64,000 bases of DNA, taken from contig CALUII010000001.1 of the NCBI GenBank assembly GCA_944320665.1, positions 13,344 to 77,343 of the forward strand, in the 5' to 3' direction. The stretch's first letter is position 1, and each line of letters starts with the position of its first letter. The notes beneath the pieces were generated by a model. That model had not been told where the DNA came from. It did no database searches and worked only from the letters and a program-made list of their open reading frames with translations. Origin of the DNA: an uncultured Alistipes sp. (lineage in GTDB: Bacteria > Bacteroidota > Bacteroidia > Bacteroidales > Rikenellaceae). Below are positions 27,867 to 37,510 of the stretch, piece after piece. Both the position numbers and the translations under genes were made by a program.

Positions 27867-28850
27867 ATGATAACGATCTATCTGAAACAATACAACAAGA
27901 TCATCCGCAACGCCGACACGGCGCTGTTCGACGAGCTGGGCTACGACGACATACTGTGGATCGACATGTTGCAGCCGACGATCAAGGAGCAGAAGGCGGT
28001 CGAGAACTTCATGGAGATCAGCCTCCAGACGAAGCAGCAGGTCGAGGAGATCGAGTCGACGTCGAAATACTCCGAGACGGAGAATGCCATCATCTCGAAC
28101 TCGAACTTCTTCATCCCGACGGGCGAGAGTTTTCTGATCGAGCCGGTATCGTTCATCATCTCGAACGAAGGCGTCCTGGTTTCGGTCCGCAACGCCGAGT
28201 TCCGCACGTTCCGCGAGACGGAGAAGCGCCTACAGATGAACTACCGCAGCTACTCGACGGGCTACCACGTCTACATCTCGCTGCTGGAGGTGCGCATCGA
28301 CTTCGATGCGGACCTCGTCGAGCTGGTCTCGAAACAGGTTGCCGCTCTGAGCCGCGACGTGAACTCGGAGGACACGATCGACAAGGAGATCCTGCACCGC
28401 ATCAGTGCGCTGCAGGACAGCACGATGTCGTTGCGCGAGAACATCTTCGACCGGCAGCGCGTGTTGTCGGGCATTCTGCGTTCGGAACGCTTTCCGAACG
28501 ATATCTACCCGCGCCTTCAGTTGATGATCAAGGACGTGAATTCGCTGATCAACCACGCCGACTTCTCGTTCCAGCGACTGGACTACATCCAGGATGCGGC
28601 ACTGGGTCTGATCACGATCGAACAGAACGAGATCGTGAAGATCTTCTCGGTGGCGGCGGTGATCTTCCTTCCGGCGACGCTGATCGCCAGCATGTACGGC
28701 ATGAACTTCAAGTACATGCCCGAACTCGAATGGACCATCGAACTTCCGAACGGCTGGGTGCTCCCGATGGGTTACCTCTTTGCCATCTTCCTGATGCTGC
28801 TGAGTTCGGGACTCACGATCTGGTTCTTCAAGTACAAGAAGTGGCTCTGA
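27867..28850 (+). CDS. corA: magnesium/cobalt transporter
   Basis: LWIDM..P, QNEIVKIFS, YGMNF signature, two C-terminal TMs. Confidence 0.93.
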   Translation: MITIYLKQYNKIIRNADTALFDELGYDDILWIDMLQPTIKEQKAVENFMEISLQTKQQVEEIESTSKYSETENAIISNSNFFIPTGESFLIEPVSFIISNEGVLVSVRNAEFRTFRETEKRLQMNYRSYSTGYHVYISLLEVRIDFDADLVELVSKQVAALSRDVNSEDTIDKEILHRISALQDSTMSLRENIFDRQRVLSGILRSERFPNDIYPRLQLMIKDVNSLINHADFSFQRLDYIQDAALGLITIEQNEIVKIFSVAAVIFLPATLIASMYGMNFKYMPELEWTIELPNGWVLPMGYLFAIFLMLLSSGLTIWFFKYKKWL

Positions 28851-29137
28851 TCCCGATCGGAGCCACCTCCTTTTTTTTTCGCATGGCGCCCCCGCCCCAC
28901 ACCCCCCGACATCCGCCCTGCACCTTCGCCGCCCACTTCCAGCCGCCGCCGGCGCACCACTCGCGCACCACTCGCACCCCCGGCCCGCCCGCGCACGAAA
29001 TACCCCCTCACCCGCCCGCGCATACGCGCATACACCAACTTTCTGGGGCGAAAAAAGCGTTGAATCTGGAAATATTTCCTACATTTGCGGTACAGTTACG
29101 GAAAATGAGAGTGTAAATTCCTAAAATCCACAAAACC

Positions 29138-30397
29138 ATGTTCAAGATCGATTCTTACGATTTCAAAGGCAAACGCGCCATCATCCGCGTGGACTTCAAT
29201 GTGCCCCTCGACGCCGAGGGCCACGTCACGGACGACACCCGCATCCGTGCGGCGATCCCGACCATCCAGAAGGTCCTCGCCGGCGGCGGCTCGGTGATCC
29301 TCATGTCGCACCTGGGCCGTCCGAAGAAGAATCCGGATCCGAAATATTCGCTCTCCCAGATCGTCGGAGCGATCGAGAGCCGCCTGGGTCACAAGGTGGT
29401 ATTCGCCGGCGACTGCATGGGCGACGAGGCCGCCACGATGGCCCGCAACCTGAAACCGGGCGAGGTGATGCTGCTCGAAAACCTGCGCTTCTATGCCGAG
29501 GAGGAGGGCAAACCCCGCGGCCTGGCCGAGGATGCCACGGAGGAGCAGAAGGCCGAGGCCAAGAAGGCGGTGAAGGCATCGCAGAAGGAGTTCGTGAAGA
29601 AGCTGGCGTCGTACGCCGACTGCTACATCAACGACGCCTTCGGTACGGCCCACCGCGCCCATGCCTCGACGGCACTGATCGCCGACTACTTCCCGACGGA
29701 CAAGATGTTCGGCTACGTGATGGAGAACGAGCTGAAGGCGATCGACGGCGTGATGCAGCATCCGGCCCGTCCGTTCTGCGCGATCGTGGGCGGCTCGAAG
29801 GTCTCGACCAAGATCACGATCATCGAGAAGCTGATGGAGCAGGTCGACTCGATCATCATCGGCGGCGGCATGACCTTCACGTTCGACGCGGCCCAGGGAG
29901 GCAAGGTGGGCAACTCGCTCTGTGAGCCGGAGATGTTCCCCGTAGCGCTGGAGATCATCGCCAAGGCCAAGGAGAAGGGTATCCAGCTGGTGATGTCGCC
30001 CGACGCCCTGATTGCCGACGCCTTCTCGGCCGAGGCCCATACGGCCGAAGCACCGTCGAACGCCATTCCGGACGGCTGGATGGGTGTCGACATCGGCGAA
30101 GAGGGCAAGCGCCTCTTCCGGGAACACATCCTGGGCTGCAAGACGATTCTGTGGAACGGACCGGTGGGCGTCTTCGAGATCGACAAGTTCGCCACGGGCT
30201 CGAAGGCCGTAGCCGAGGCGATTGCCGAGGCGACGTCGAAGGGGGCCTACTCGCTGATCGGCGGCGGCGACTCGGTGGCATGCATCAACAAGCTGGGTCT
30301 GGCCGACAAGGTGTCGTACGTCTCGACGGGCGGCGGTGCCCTGCTCGAATACATGGAGGGCAAGGAGCTTCCGGGCGTTGCCGCCATCCGCAAATAG
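29138..30397 (+). CDS. pgk: phosphoglycerate kinase
   Basis: [44 protein letters not shown]; TACATTTG promoter at ~29080. Confidence 0.98.
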   Translation: MFKIDSYDFKGKRAIIRVDFNVPLDAEGHVTDDTRIRAAIPTIQKVLAGGGSVILMSHLGRPKKNPDPKYSLSQIVGAIESRLGHKVVFAGDCMGDEAATMARNLKPGEVMLLENLRFYAEEEGKPRGLAEDATEEQKAEAKKAVKASQKEFVKKLASYADCYINDAFGTAHRAHASTALIADYFPTDKMFGYVMENELKAIDGVMQHPARPFCAIVGGSKVSTKITIIEKLMEQVDSIIIGGGMTFTFDAAQGGKVGNSLCEPEMFPVALEIIAKAKEKGIQLVMSPDALIADAFSAEAHTAEAPSNAIPDGWMGVDIGEEGKRLFREHILGCKTILWNGPVGVFEIDKFATGSKAVAEAIAEATSKGAYSLIGGGDSVACINKLGLADKVSYVSTGGGALLEYMEGKELPGVAAIRK

Positions 30398-30512
30398 GAG
30401 CAGGCGGACGAGCGACACAAGCACACACACGACACAGGTTTGCTTTTCGCCGGGAGCGGGGAGCGGGCCTGTGTCTTCACCTAAAACACACAACACAACA
30501 TTTTATCCATCC

Positions 30513-32543
30513 ATGAAGAGACTTATTCTTATGGCCACAGCGGCCCTAGTGGCCAGCTGCCAGAGCCAACCGGCCAAGACGCCGGCACTGGACCTGGCCA
30601 ACTTCGACCTTTCGGTCGCGCCGAACGAGGATTTCTATCAGTACGCCACGGGGGGCTGGCAGGAGCGACACCCGCTGAAACCCGAATACGGCCGCTACGG
30701 AGCCTTCGACATGATCGGCGAGAACAACCAGATCCGCATCAACGAACTGTTCCAGGAGATGTCGGGCAAGACGGCCACGCCGGGCAGCGTCGAGCAGAAG
30801 ATCTCGGACCTCTACAAGATGGGGCTCGATTCGACTCGTCTGAATGCCGAGGGAGCAGCTCCGATCCGCGCCACGGTCGATCAGTTGCTTCAGCTCGGCG
30901 ATCGCAGCCAGCTGACCGAGGCCATCGCACGCCTTCACGCCACGTCGTGCAACCCGTTCTTCTCGATCGGCGTGCAGGGTGACCTGAAGAACAGCGACAT
31001 GAACGCCCTCTATGCCGGGCAGAGCGGTCTGGCGATGGGCGACCGCGACTACTACCTGACACCGGAGAACGAGCACATCCGCGCCGCCTACAAAACGTAC
31101 CTGACGCGTATCTTCACGCTTGCCGGAATGCCCGAGGCCGAGGTTCCGACGGCCGTTGAGGATGTCCTGAAGGTGGAGACGGCCCTTGCCGAGGCCTTCT
31201 GGTCGAACGTGCAGCTTCGCAACATGCAGGCGATGTACAACCCGATGACGAAGGCCGAGTTCGAGAAGACGTACGACGCCATCGACTGGGGCACGTACTA
31301 CCGCACGCTGGGTCTGGGCGACTACGATACGATCATCGTGACGCAGCCGTCGTCGCTTGCTGCCGCCAACACGCTGCTGAAGACGATGCCCGTTGAGGCG
31401 CTTCGCCACTACCTGGCCGCACAGTACATCGACAGCGCCGCCTCGTACCTGAGCGACGACTTTGTTGCCGCCTCGTTCGAGTTCTACGGCAAGACGATGT
31501 CGGGACAGCAGGAGATGAAACCCCGCTGGAAGCGTGCGATGTCCGTACCGAACGGCTCGCTGGGTGAGGCCGTAGGCGAGATCTACGTTTCGAAGTACTT
31601 CTCGGAGCAGGACAAGGCGCGCATGCTCGAGATGGTGAAGAACCTTCAGAAGGCCCTGAGCCAGCACATCGACGCCCTGGATTGGATGAGCGCCGAGACG
31701 AAGGCCCGCGCCCAGGAGAAGCTGGCCGCCTTCACGGTGAAGATCGGCTATCCGGACAAGTGGAAGGATTACACGACGCTGACGATCGACCCGACGAAGA
31801 GCTACTGGGATAACATCGTGACGGTGAACCAGTGGTACATTGCCGACAATCTGTCGAAGCTGGGTCAGCCGGTCGACAAGAGCGAGTGGCAGATGTCTCC
31901 GCAGACGGTGAACGCCTACTACAGTCCGCTGAGCAACGAGATCTGCTTCCCGGCCGCCATTCTTCAGCCGCCGTTCTACAATCCGGATGCCGACGATGCG
32001 GTGAACTACGGAGCGATCGGCGTGGTGATCGGTCATGAGATGACGCACGGATTCGACGACCAGGGGCGCCAGTTCGACAAGAACGGCAACATGAACAACT
32101 GGTGGACCGATGCCGACGCAGAGGCCTTCAAGAAGAAGACGGACATTCTGGTGGATCAGTTCAATGCGATCGAGGTACTTCCGGCCCGCGACGGACAGCC
32201 GGCCCTCCATGCCGACGGGGCCCTGTGCCTGGGCGAGAACATCGCCGACCAGGGCGGTCTTCGCGTAGCCTACACGGCGCTGCACAATGCGCTGGAGACG
32301 GCCGACGTGGCACCGATCGACGGTTTCACGCCGGAGCAGCGTTTCTACCTGGGTTACGCCACGCTGTGGGCGCAGAACATCCGCGACGAGGAGATCGCAC
32401 GCCTGACGAAACTCGACGTACACTCGCTGGGCAAGTGGCGCGTAAACGCGACGCTGCGCAACATCCAGGAGTTCTACGATGCCTTCGGCATCACGGACGG
32501 CCCGATGTATCTGCCCGTTGAGGAGCGTGTAATCATCTGGTAA
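30513..32543 (+). CDS. pepO: M13 family metalloendopeptidase lipoprotein (PepO)
   Basis: Lipobox VASC, DFYQYATGGW, VNAYY, HEMTH, GENIAD. Confidence 0.92.
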   Translation: MKRLILMATAALVASCQSQPAKTPALDLANFDLSVAPNEDFYQYATGGWQERHPLKPEYGRYGAFDMIGENNQIRINELFQEMSGKTATPGSVEQKISDLYKMGLDSTRLNAEGAAPIRATVDQLLQLGDRSQLTEAIARLHATSCNPFFSIGVQGDLKNSDMNALYAGQSGLAMGDRDYYLTPENEHIRAAYKTYLTRIFTLAGMPEAEVPTAVEDVLKVETALAEAFWSNVQLRNMQAMYNPMTKAEFEKTYDAIDWGTYYRTLGLGDYDTIIVTQPSSLAAANTLLKTMPVEALRHYLAAQYIDSAASYLSDDFVAASFEFYGKTMSGQQEMKPRWKRAMSVPNGSLGEAVGEIYVSKYFSEQDKARMLEMVKNLQKALSQHIDALDWMSAETKARAQEKLAAFTVKIGYPDKWKDYTTLTIDPTKSYWDNIVTVNQWYIADNLSKLGQPVDKSEWQMSPQTVNAYYSPLSNEICFPAAILQPPFYNPDADDAVNYGAIGVVIGHEMTHGFDDQGRQFDKNGNMNNWWTDADAEAFKKKTDILVDQFNAIEVLPARDGQPALHADGALCLGENIADQGGLRVAYTALHNALETADVAPIDGFTPEQRFYLGYATLWAQNIRDEEIARLTKLDVHSLGKWRVNATLRNIQEFYDAFGITDGPMYLPVEERVIIW

Positions 32544-32566
32544 CCATCCGTATTACCTCACACAGA

Positions 32567-32606
32567 GAGAGGGGAGGGGCGAACCGAGGTTCGCTCCTCC
32601 CCTCTT
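32567..32606 (+). terminator. hairpin downstream of pepO
   Basis: GAGGGGAGGGGCGAACC-GA-GGTTCGCTCCTCCCCTC. Confidence 0.65.
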
Positions 32607-32859
32607 CGTATCTACCGGTTCCGTTATACCCCCTGCGGATCGCCGCATTTGTCCTGGTCTTCTGTTCGTCTGCCGGATCGATCGGGAGCTCCGCCCGGGA
32701 GACGGGACGCGGAAGCTCCCCCTCTGAAAAACGGAGCCGGCCGACCAGGCTGGAGTTTCAAACGCGCCCCGCCCTCCTTCGGAGTGAGCTCCAACCGCCG
32801 CCCCGATCCACCACCCGCTCTGTTTTTTGCCCGGGCCCGGGAAGCGCATATACGCACGG

Positions 32860-32898
32860 AAAAAAAGAGGCCGTCCCTTCGTTTCCGAAAGGACGGCG
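32860..32898 (-). terminator. intrinsic terminator on the minus strand
   Basis: GCCGTCCTTTCG-GAAA-CGAAGGGACGGC followed by CTCTTTTTTT. Confidence 0.7.
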
Positions 32899-33408
32899 GC
32901 AGGCAAGCAAAGTCAGATTGATGAAATTGATGAATTGAAATTTGAATTATTTAATGATTATCCCCCAAACAAACTACTCGCGACACCTAGAGTGCCACAT
33001 CATTCCTATTCACACCACCCCTCCCAGTGCTCATCATTCAGCACCCGGAGACGATGAAGGCAGGCCCCGGATCTTTCCTGCGGTTCTTTACTCCTTCCGA
33101 GGCCGCCGGGCACCGCTGACGATGCCCCTTTCCATCACGGCTGCAAACCAAGTTGCCCGCACACTCTTCATAACCCCTTTTTTACCTTCAAACTAACGAA
33201 TCGTCCCGCAGCTGCAGCCGACCTGCGAGCGGTCCGCACTTCCCAAAGGATCAAGAGCCGTGCCAGACCACCGCATACGAGCAACCGTCTGATTATCAAC
33301 GGATGGATTCATTCCCTCCGACAATCCGGGGTGTGGAACGGGTGTGGCGGTGTGGAAAAACTCCCCACGACACGGACCACACTTTCGCCCGCCCCTCACG
33401 CTTCCGGA

Positions 33409-34803
33409 CTACTCGATGCCGTAGAGGTGCAACTTGTTGTAGAGGGTTTTTCGATCGATACCGAGGCTTTTTGCGGCCTGCGACTTGTTTCCGCCGGCAG
33501 CGGCCAGGGCGCGCCGGATGCGCATCTCCTCGTCGGCCGGATCGCGCAACAGGGTGGCGGGCTGGGTTCCGGTACCGACGATCTCGGCCGGGAGCTCCGC
33601 GCAGGAGATGTACTCCCCGCCCGCAAGCAGGGTGGCATACATGACCACATTCTTCAGTTGCCTGAGGTTTCCAGGCCAGGCGAATAGCCTGAGTGCGGCG
33701 GCAGCGCGGTCGTCGAATCCGACGATCTGTTTGTTGAGCTCGCGGTTGGCCCGATCGAGGAAGAAGTCGGCATAGAGCAGGATGTCCTCGGGCGTATCGC
33801 GCAACTCGGGCATGCGGAGCGAGAATTCGTTGAGCCGATGATACAGGTCCGCACGGAAGGATCCGCGGGCGATGGCCTCCGAGAGGTTTTCGTTCGTAGC
33901 GGCGACGATGCGGATGTCGATCGGGATTTCGCGCACGCTTCCGACGGGTCGAATACGCCGCTCCTGGAGCGCCCTCAGCAGCTGCACCTGCGTGTCGTAG
34001 GTCAGATTTCCCACCTCGTCGAGGAAGAGGGTTCCGCCGTTTGCGGCCTCGAAAGCGCCGGTTTTGTCGGTCAGCGCCCCGGTGAACGACCCCTTGATGT
34101 GGCCGAAGAACTCCGAAGCGGCCAGATCGCGGGGCACGGCGCCGCAATCGACCGCCACGAAGGGTTTTCCGGCGCGGGGGCTGCGTTCGTGGATGAGCCG
34201 CGCGATGTGCTCCTTTCCCGTACCGCTGGCACCGACGATCAGCACGGACATCTGCGTGGGGGCCACGAGCCGCACGTGTTCGTACACCTTCCGCGCGGCA
34301 TCGCTTCGCCCCTCGATGTAATCCTCCGATGCCGGGTTCCCCCCACGCGCATCGAGGGGTTCGGATTGGGTCCTCGAGGGCTGTGGCGCCCGCCTCGATG
34401 CGTCGTATTTCCCGTCACGGCCGCCCGCAGCGAGGTCCGGGGCGGTGACCTCACCGATCTTGAGGAGCAGCTCCTCGGGATTGACCGGTTTCGAGACGTA
34501 GTCCTTAGCGCCGAGCTTCATGCACCGCACGGCGTTCCCGATTTCGGCATAGCTCGTCATCACGATCACGGGGAGCTGCGGGGCCTGGCGAGCCAACCAC
34601 TCGAGCAGATCGGTTCCGTCGCCATCGGGGAGTCTCATGTCGCTGAGCACGAGGTCGTATGCCATTTGCTCGGCGTCGGCGATCCGTCGGCGTGCCGCCT
34701 CGATGTTTGCGGCGGTTTCGGTTTCGAATCCGCGTTTACCGAGCCACGTGGCCAGCATGAGGGCAAAGGTCACGTCATCATCAACGATCAGAATGCGTTT
34801 CAT
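33409..34803 (-). CDS. sigma-54-dependent response regulator (NtrC family, RteB-like)
   Basis: Receiver (VDDD, DMRLP), GASGTGKE, GSFTGA, FRADLYHRL, WPGNLRQL, Fis HTH; ATG 34803. Confidence 0.93.
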   Translation of the reverse strand: MKRILIVDDDVTFALMLATWLGKRGFETETAANIEAARRRIADAEQMAYDLVLSDMRLPDGDGTDLLEWLARQAPQLPVIVMTSYAEIGNAVRCMKLGAKDYVSKPVNPEELLLKIGEVTAPDLAAGGRDGKYDASRRAPQPSRTQSEPLDARGGNPASEDYIEGRSDAARKVYEHVRLVAPTQMSVLIVGASGTGKEHIARLIHERSPRAGKPFVAVDCGAVPRDLAASEFFGHIKGSFTGALTDKTGAFEAANGGTLFLDEVGNLTYDTQVQLLRALQERRIRPVGSVREIPIDIRIVAATNENLSEAIARGSFRADLYHRLNEFSLRMPELRDTPEDILLYADFFLDRANRELNKQIVGFDDRAAAALRLFAWPGNLRQLKNVVMYATLLAGGEYISCAELPAEIVGTGTQPATLLRDPADEEMRIRRALAAAGGNKSQAAKSLGIDRKTLYNKLHLYGIE

Positions 34804-34808
34804 ATCGA

Positions 34809-37442
34809 CTACAAAGATACCTTTTTTTGAGCTTCGGCGACGCATCGGCGCACATTTTCGACGATCCACGCCACGCGTTGCTTCAGCTCAGCGCCGGCCT
34901 CGGGCTCAGCTTCCATGCCCCCGCGCTCGACCTCGCGCAGGGCGGCAGCCAGGGTCCGGGCGCCGAGCATCGTGAAGATGGGGGCCATCCTGTGGGCCAA
35001 AGCCCGGATCGTCTCGCGGTCGCCGTCGGCGAGGGCCTTTTCGAGACGGTCGGCGGCCTCGGCATGCTGCGTGATAAACGATTCGAGGATGTTCCGTTCG
35101 GCCACGGCATCACCGGCGGCAAAGGCCGTCAGGGCCTCGAATCCGAAGGAGGCGGAATCGTCCGCGCCCCGTCCGACGGTTCCCTCCGCACCACGGGACT
35201 CCGCCCCGTCCCGCTCAACGTGGCACGCCGCGGCGATGCCTCCACCGTCGCCCCCCGCCGCATGCGGCAGTTCCCCGCCCCCCGGCGCATGCCGCACCAC
35301 GCGGGCCAATACGTCCCTCAACTCCGAGGCGGCAAACGGTTTTCGGAGTACGCCAGCAAATCCATCGGGCCACTCCTCGGATCGAGCCGATACGGCCACC
35401 ACGGGGACCTGAGGCGCGACGCGCGCCAGGGCCCGACACAACTGCACGCCATCCATTGCGGGCATCTGTATGTCGGTCAACACGGCGTCAAACGGGCGCT
35501 CTTCGACCAGTTTGACGGCATATTCCGGATAGGGGCAACACTCGGCCTCGATACCCTCGGCCCGACACAGCGCCGCGGTCATCTCGAGCTGCAGCGGGTC
35601 GTCGTCCACGAGCAGGATCTTCACTCCGGCCAGTCCTGCCGCCTTGCGCGGGCCTATGCCACGCACCTCGGCCCCGCTTCCGGCCTCCGTATCGCCGTGC
35701 CACACCGGCTCCGACGAGTCCCCCTCTCCGTCGCGGCCACCGACGGCCGCAACGTCGGCCACGGGGATCGAGACCACGAAGCGGCTACCGGCCCCCGGGG
35801 CGCTGTCGATCCAGATCCGCCCGCCGAGCAGCTGCACGAGACGCTTGACGATCGAGAGTCCGAGTCCGACCCCCTCCACCCCCTGAGCCGATCGCAGTCG
35901 GACGAACTCGCCGAAGATCTGCTCCTGCTCCTCGCGCGGAATGCCGCGCCCGGTATCCTTCACCTCGAAGAGGAGTTCCCCCTGCTCGGCACGCTGCACG
36001 CCGACGGTCACGCTGCCGTGATCGGTGAACTTGATGGCATTCGACACGAGGTTTTCGGCGATCTGCCATATTCGCGAAGGGTCACCGGCCACCTCCGCGC
36101 GGGCCGACTCCTCGACCTTCAGCACGAGATCGATGCCCCGCTCGGCGGCCAGGGGTTCGAAACCGGCACGGATGCTCTCGAAGAGCTGCTGCGGCACAAA
36201 CGGCACGCAGGCCTTCTCGACCTTGTTCAGGTCGAGCCGGTAGCAGTCGAGCAGGCTTCGGACCAGAGCGAGGAGGTGTTCGGAGGTCTGACGCATGTGG
36301 TCCAGATAGAGGGCCTGGCGCTTGTCCGAGGCGATTCGCGACAGCAGGTCGATGTACCCCATGAGCGAACCCAACGGGGCCTTGATATCGTGCGTGATGG
36401 CCATCATGAGTCTCTCGCGGGCATCGAGCAGGGCCCGTTTTTCGCGGTTTGCGTCCTCGAGCTGACGTTTGTACCGGTTGCTTCGGTTCACGTCGCGCCA
36501 GAGGATCGCCACGAAGAGCAGCATGAGCACGACGGCACATCCGGCAATCCACCCCAGCGTTTCGGACGACTGCCTTCGCAATCGGTCGTTCGCCTCGATC
36601 CGGTGCAGCAGGAAGGCATCGTCCTCGCGCTGGAAGTCCGACAGCAGGCGATAGATCTGCCTGTTAACCATCCGGTTGCTGTAGCTGAGCCTCAACCCCT
36701 CGTTCCAGGCACGGTCGTAGATCTCGATGCGTTGGCCGGTGACGCGGTCCTGCAGCGAGCGCAGCACCGAAGCGATGGTATCGGCCACCGGGCTCTGCCT
36801 CGGCAACGAGTCGGCGACGGTCCTCGTACGCGAGATGACGATGCTCGAGTCCTCCTTCGGCGGGCTGAAAACGTCGGCAATCCGGCGGAAGAAGCGTCTC
36901 CGGGCGCGCTGCACGCGTACCGTATCGGCCTGTTCCCGGACGACGGGCTGCGACGCGGCGGGGAGCGAATCGGCCGACACCAGGGAGTCGATCTGCACGG
37001 GGTGGATGATGGCCTCGATGTTCTTGTTGAGCAGTCGGGCCGTCCCCCCCGACCGGAGCGACCTCCAGAGGTTCATCGTTCGCCGCTCCTTGTCGGCGAC
37101 AAGCAGGGTGATGCTGTCGAGGCGCTGCATCTGGAGGGTATCGCGTTCGAGGGCCCGGAGCGAATCGAGGAAGTTGCGCACGGTGCGCAGTTCGCCCCGA
37201 TAACGGGCCTCATAGGAGCTGTATCCGGCGATCATGAGTTGGGCATAACCCTCGGCCTGATAGAGGTGGTAGAGGGTCTGGGCGGCGACGTCACGTTTGG
37301 ACCGCAGGGCGGCATACGTACCTGCGTCGTCGGGCGGACGGACCACCACGCGATAGAGGTAACCGACCGATACCAGACAGACGGCCAGCAGGAGGATGTA
37401 TCCGGTAACGATCTTCGTTTTGACGTATTTCGACTCTTTCAT
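34809..37442 (-). CDS. hybrid sensor histidine kinase (HisKA-HATPase-REC-HPt, RteA-like)
   Basis: Two TMs, THDIKAPL, NLVSNAIKFT, DTGRGI, GLGLSI, DIQMP, AHRM; ATG 37442. Confidence 0.92.
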   Translation of the reverse strand: MKESKYVKTKIVTGYILLLAVCLVSVGYLYRVVVRPPDDAGTYAALRSKRDVAAQTLYHLYQAEGYAQLMIAGYSSYEARYRGELRTVRNFLDSLRALERDTLQMQRLDSITLLVADKERRTMNLWRSLRSGGTARLLNKNIEAIIHPVQIDSLVSADSLPAASQPVVREQADTVRVQRARRRFFRRIADVFSPPKEDSSIVISRTRTVADSLPRQSPVADTIASVLRSLQDRVTGQRIEIYDRAWNEGLRLSYSNRMVNRQIYRLLSDFQREDDAFLLHRIEANDRLRRQSSETLGWIAGCAVVLMLLFVAILWRDVNRSNRYKRQLEDANREKRALLDARERLMMAITHDIKAPLGSLMGYIDLLSRIASDKRQALYLDHMRQTSEHLLALVRSLLDCYRLDLNKVEKACVPFVPQQLFESIRAGFEPLAAERGIDLVLKVEESARAEVAGDPSRIWQIAENLVSNAIKFTDHGSVTVGVQRAEQGELLFEVKDTGRGIPREEQEQIFGEFVRLRSAQGVEGVGLGLSIVKRLVQLLGGRIWIDSAPGAGSRFVVSIPVADVAAVGGRDGEGDSSEPVWHGDTEAGSGAEVRGIGPRKAAGLAGVKILLVDDDPLQLEMTAALCRAEGIEAECCPYPEYAVKLVEERPFDAVLTDIQMPAMDGVQLCRALARVAPQVPVVAVSARSEEWPDGFAGVLRKPFAASELRDVLARVVRHAPGGGELPHAAGGDGGGIAAACHVERDGAESRGAEGTVGRGADDSASFGFEALTAFAAGDAVAERNILESFITQHAEAADRLEKALADGDRETIRALAHRMAPIFTMLGARTLAAALREVERGGMEAEPEAGAELKQRVAWIVENVRRCVAEAQKKVSL

Positions 37443-37510
37443 CGGCAACAATTCAAACAGCGGTTGGTCCGCATTCGGTCCCCCGCATTCGGTCCCATTT
37501 GCAGCGGGCA

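Noticed and set aside
33142-33159. Sigma-54 promoter-like GGCAACTTGGTTTGC on the minus strand
   Set aside because: GG-to-GC spacing is 11 nt rather than the required 10.
33409-37442. Conjugative transposon (CTnDOT-like) because of the RteA/RteB resemblance
   Set aside because: No tetQ, rteC, tra/mob or integrase nearby, and the flanks are core genes.
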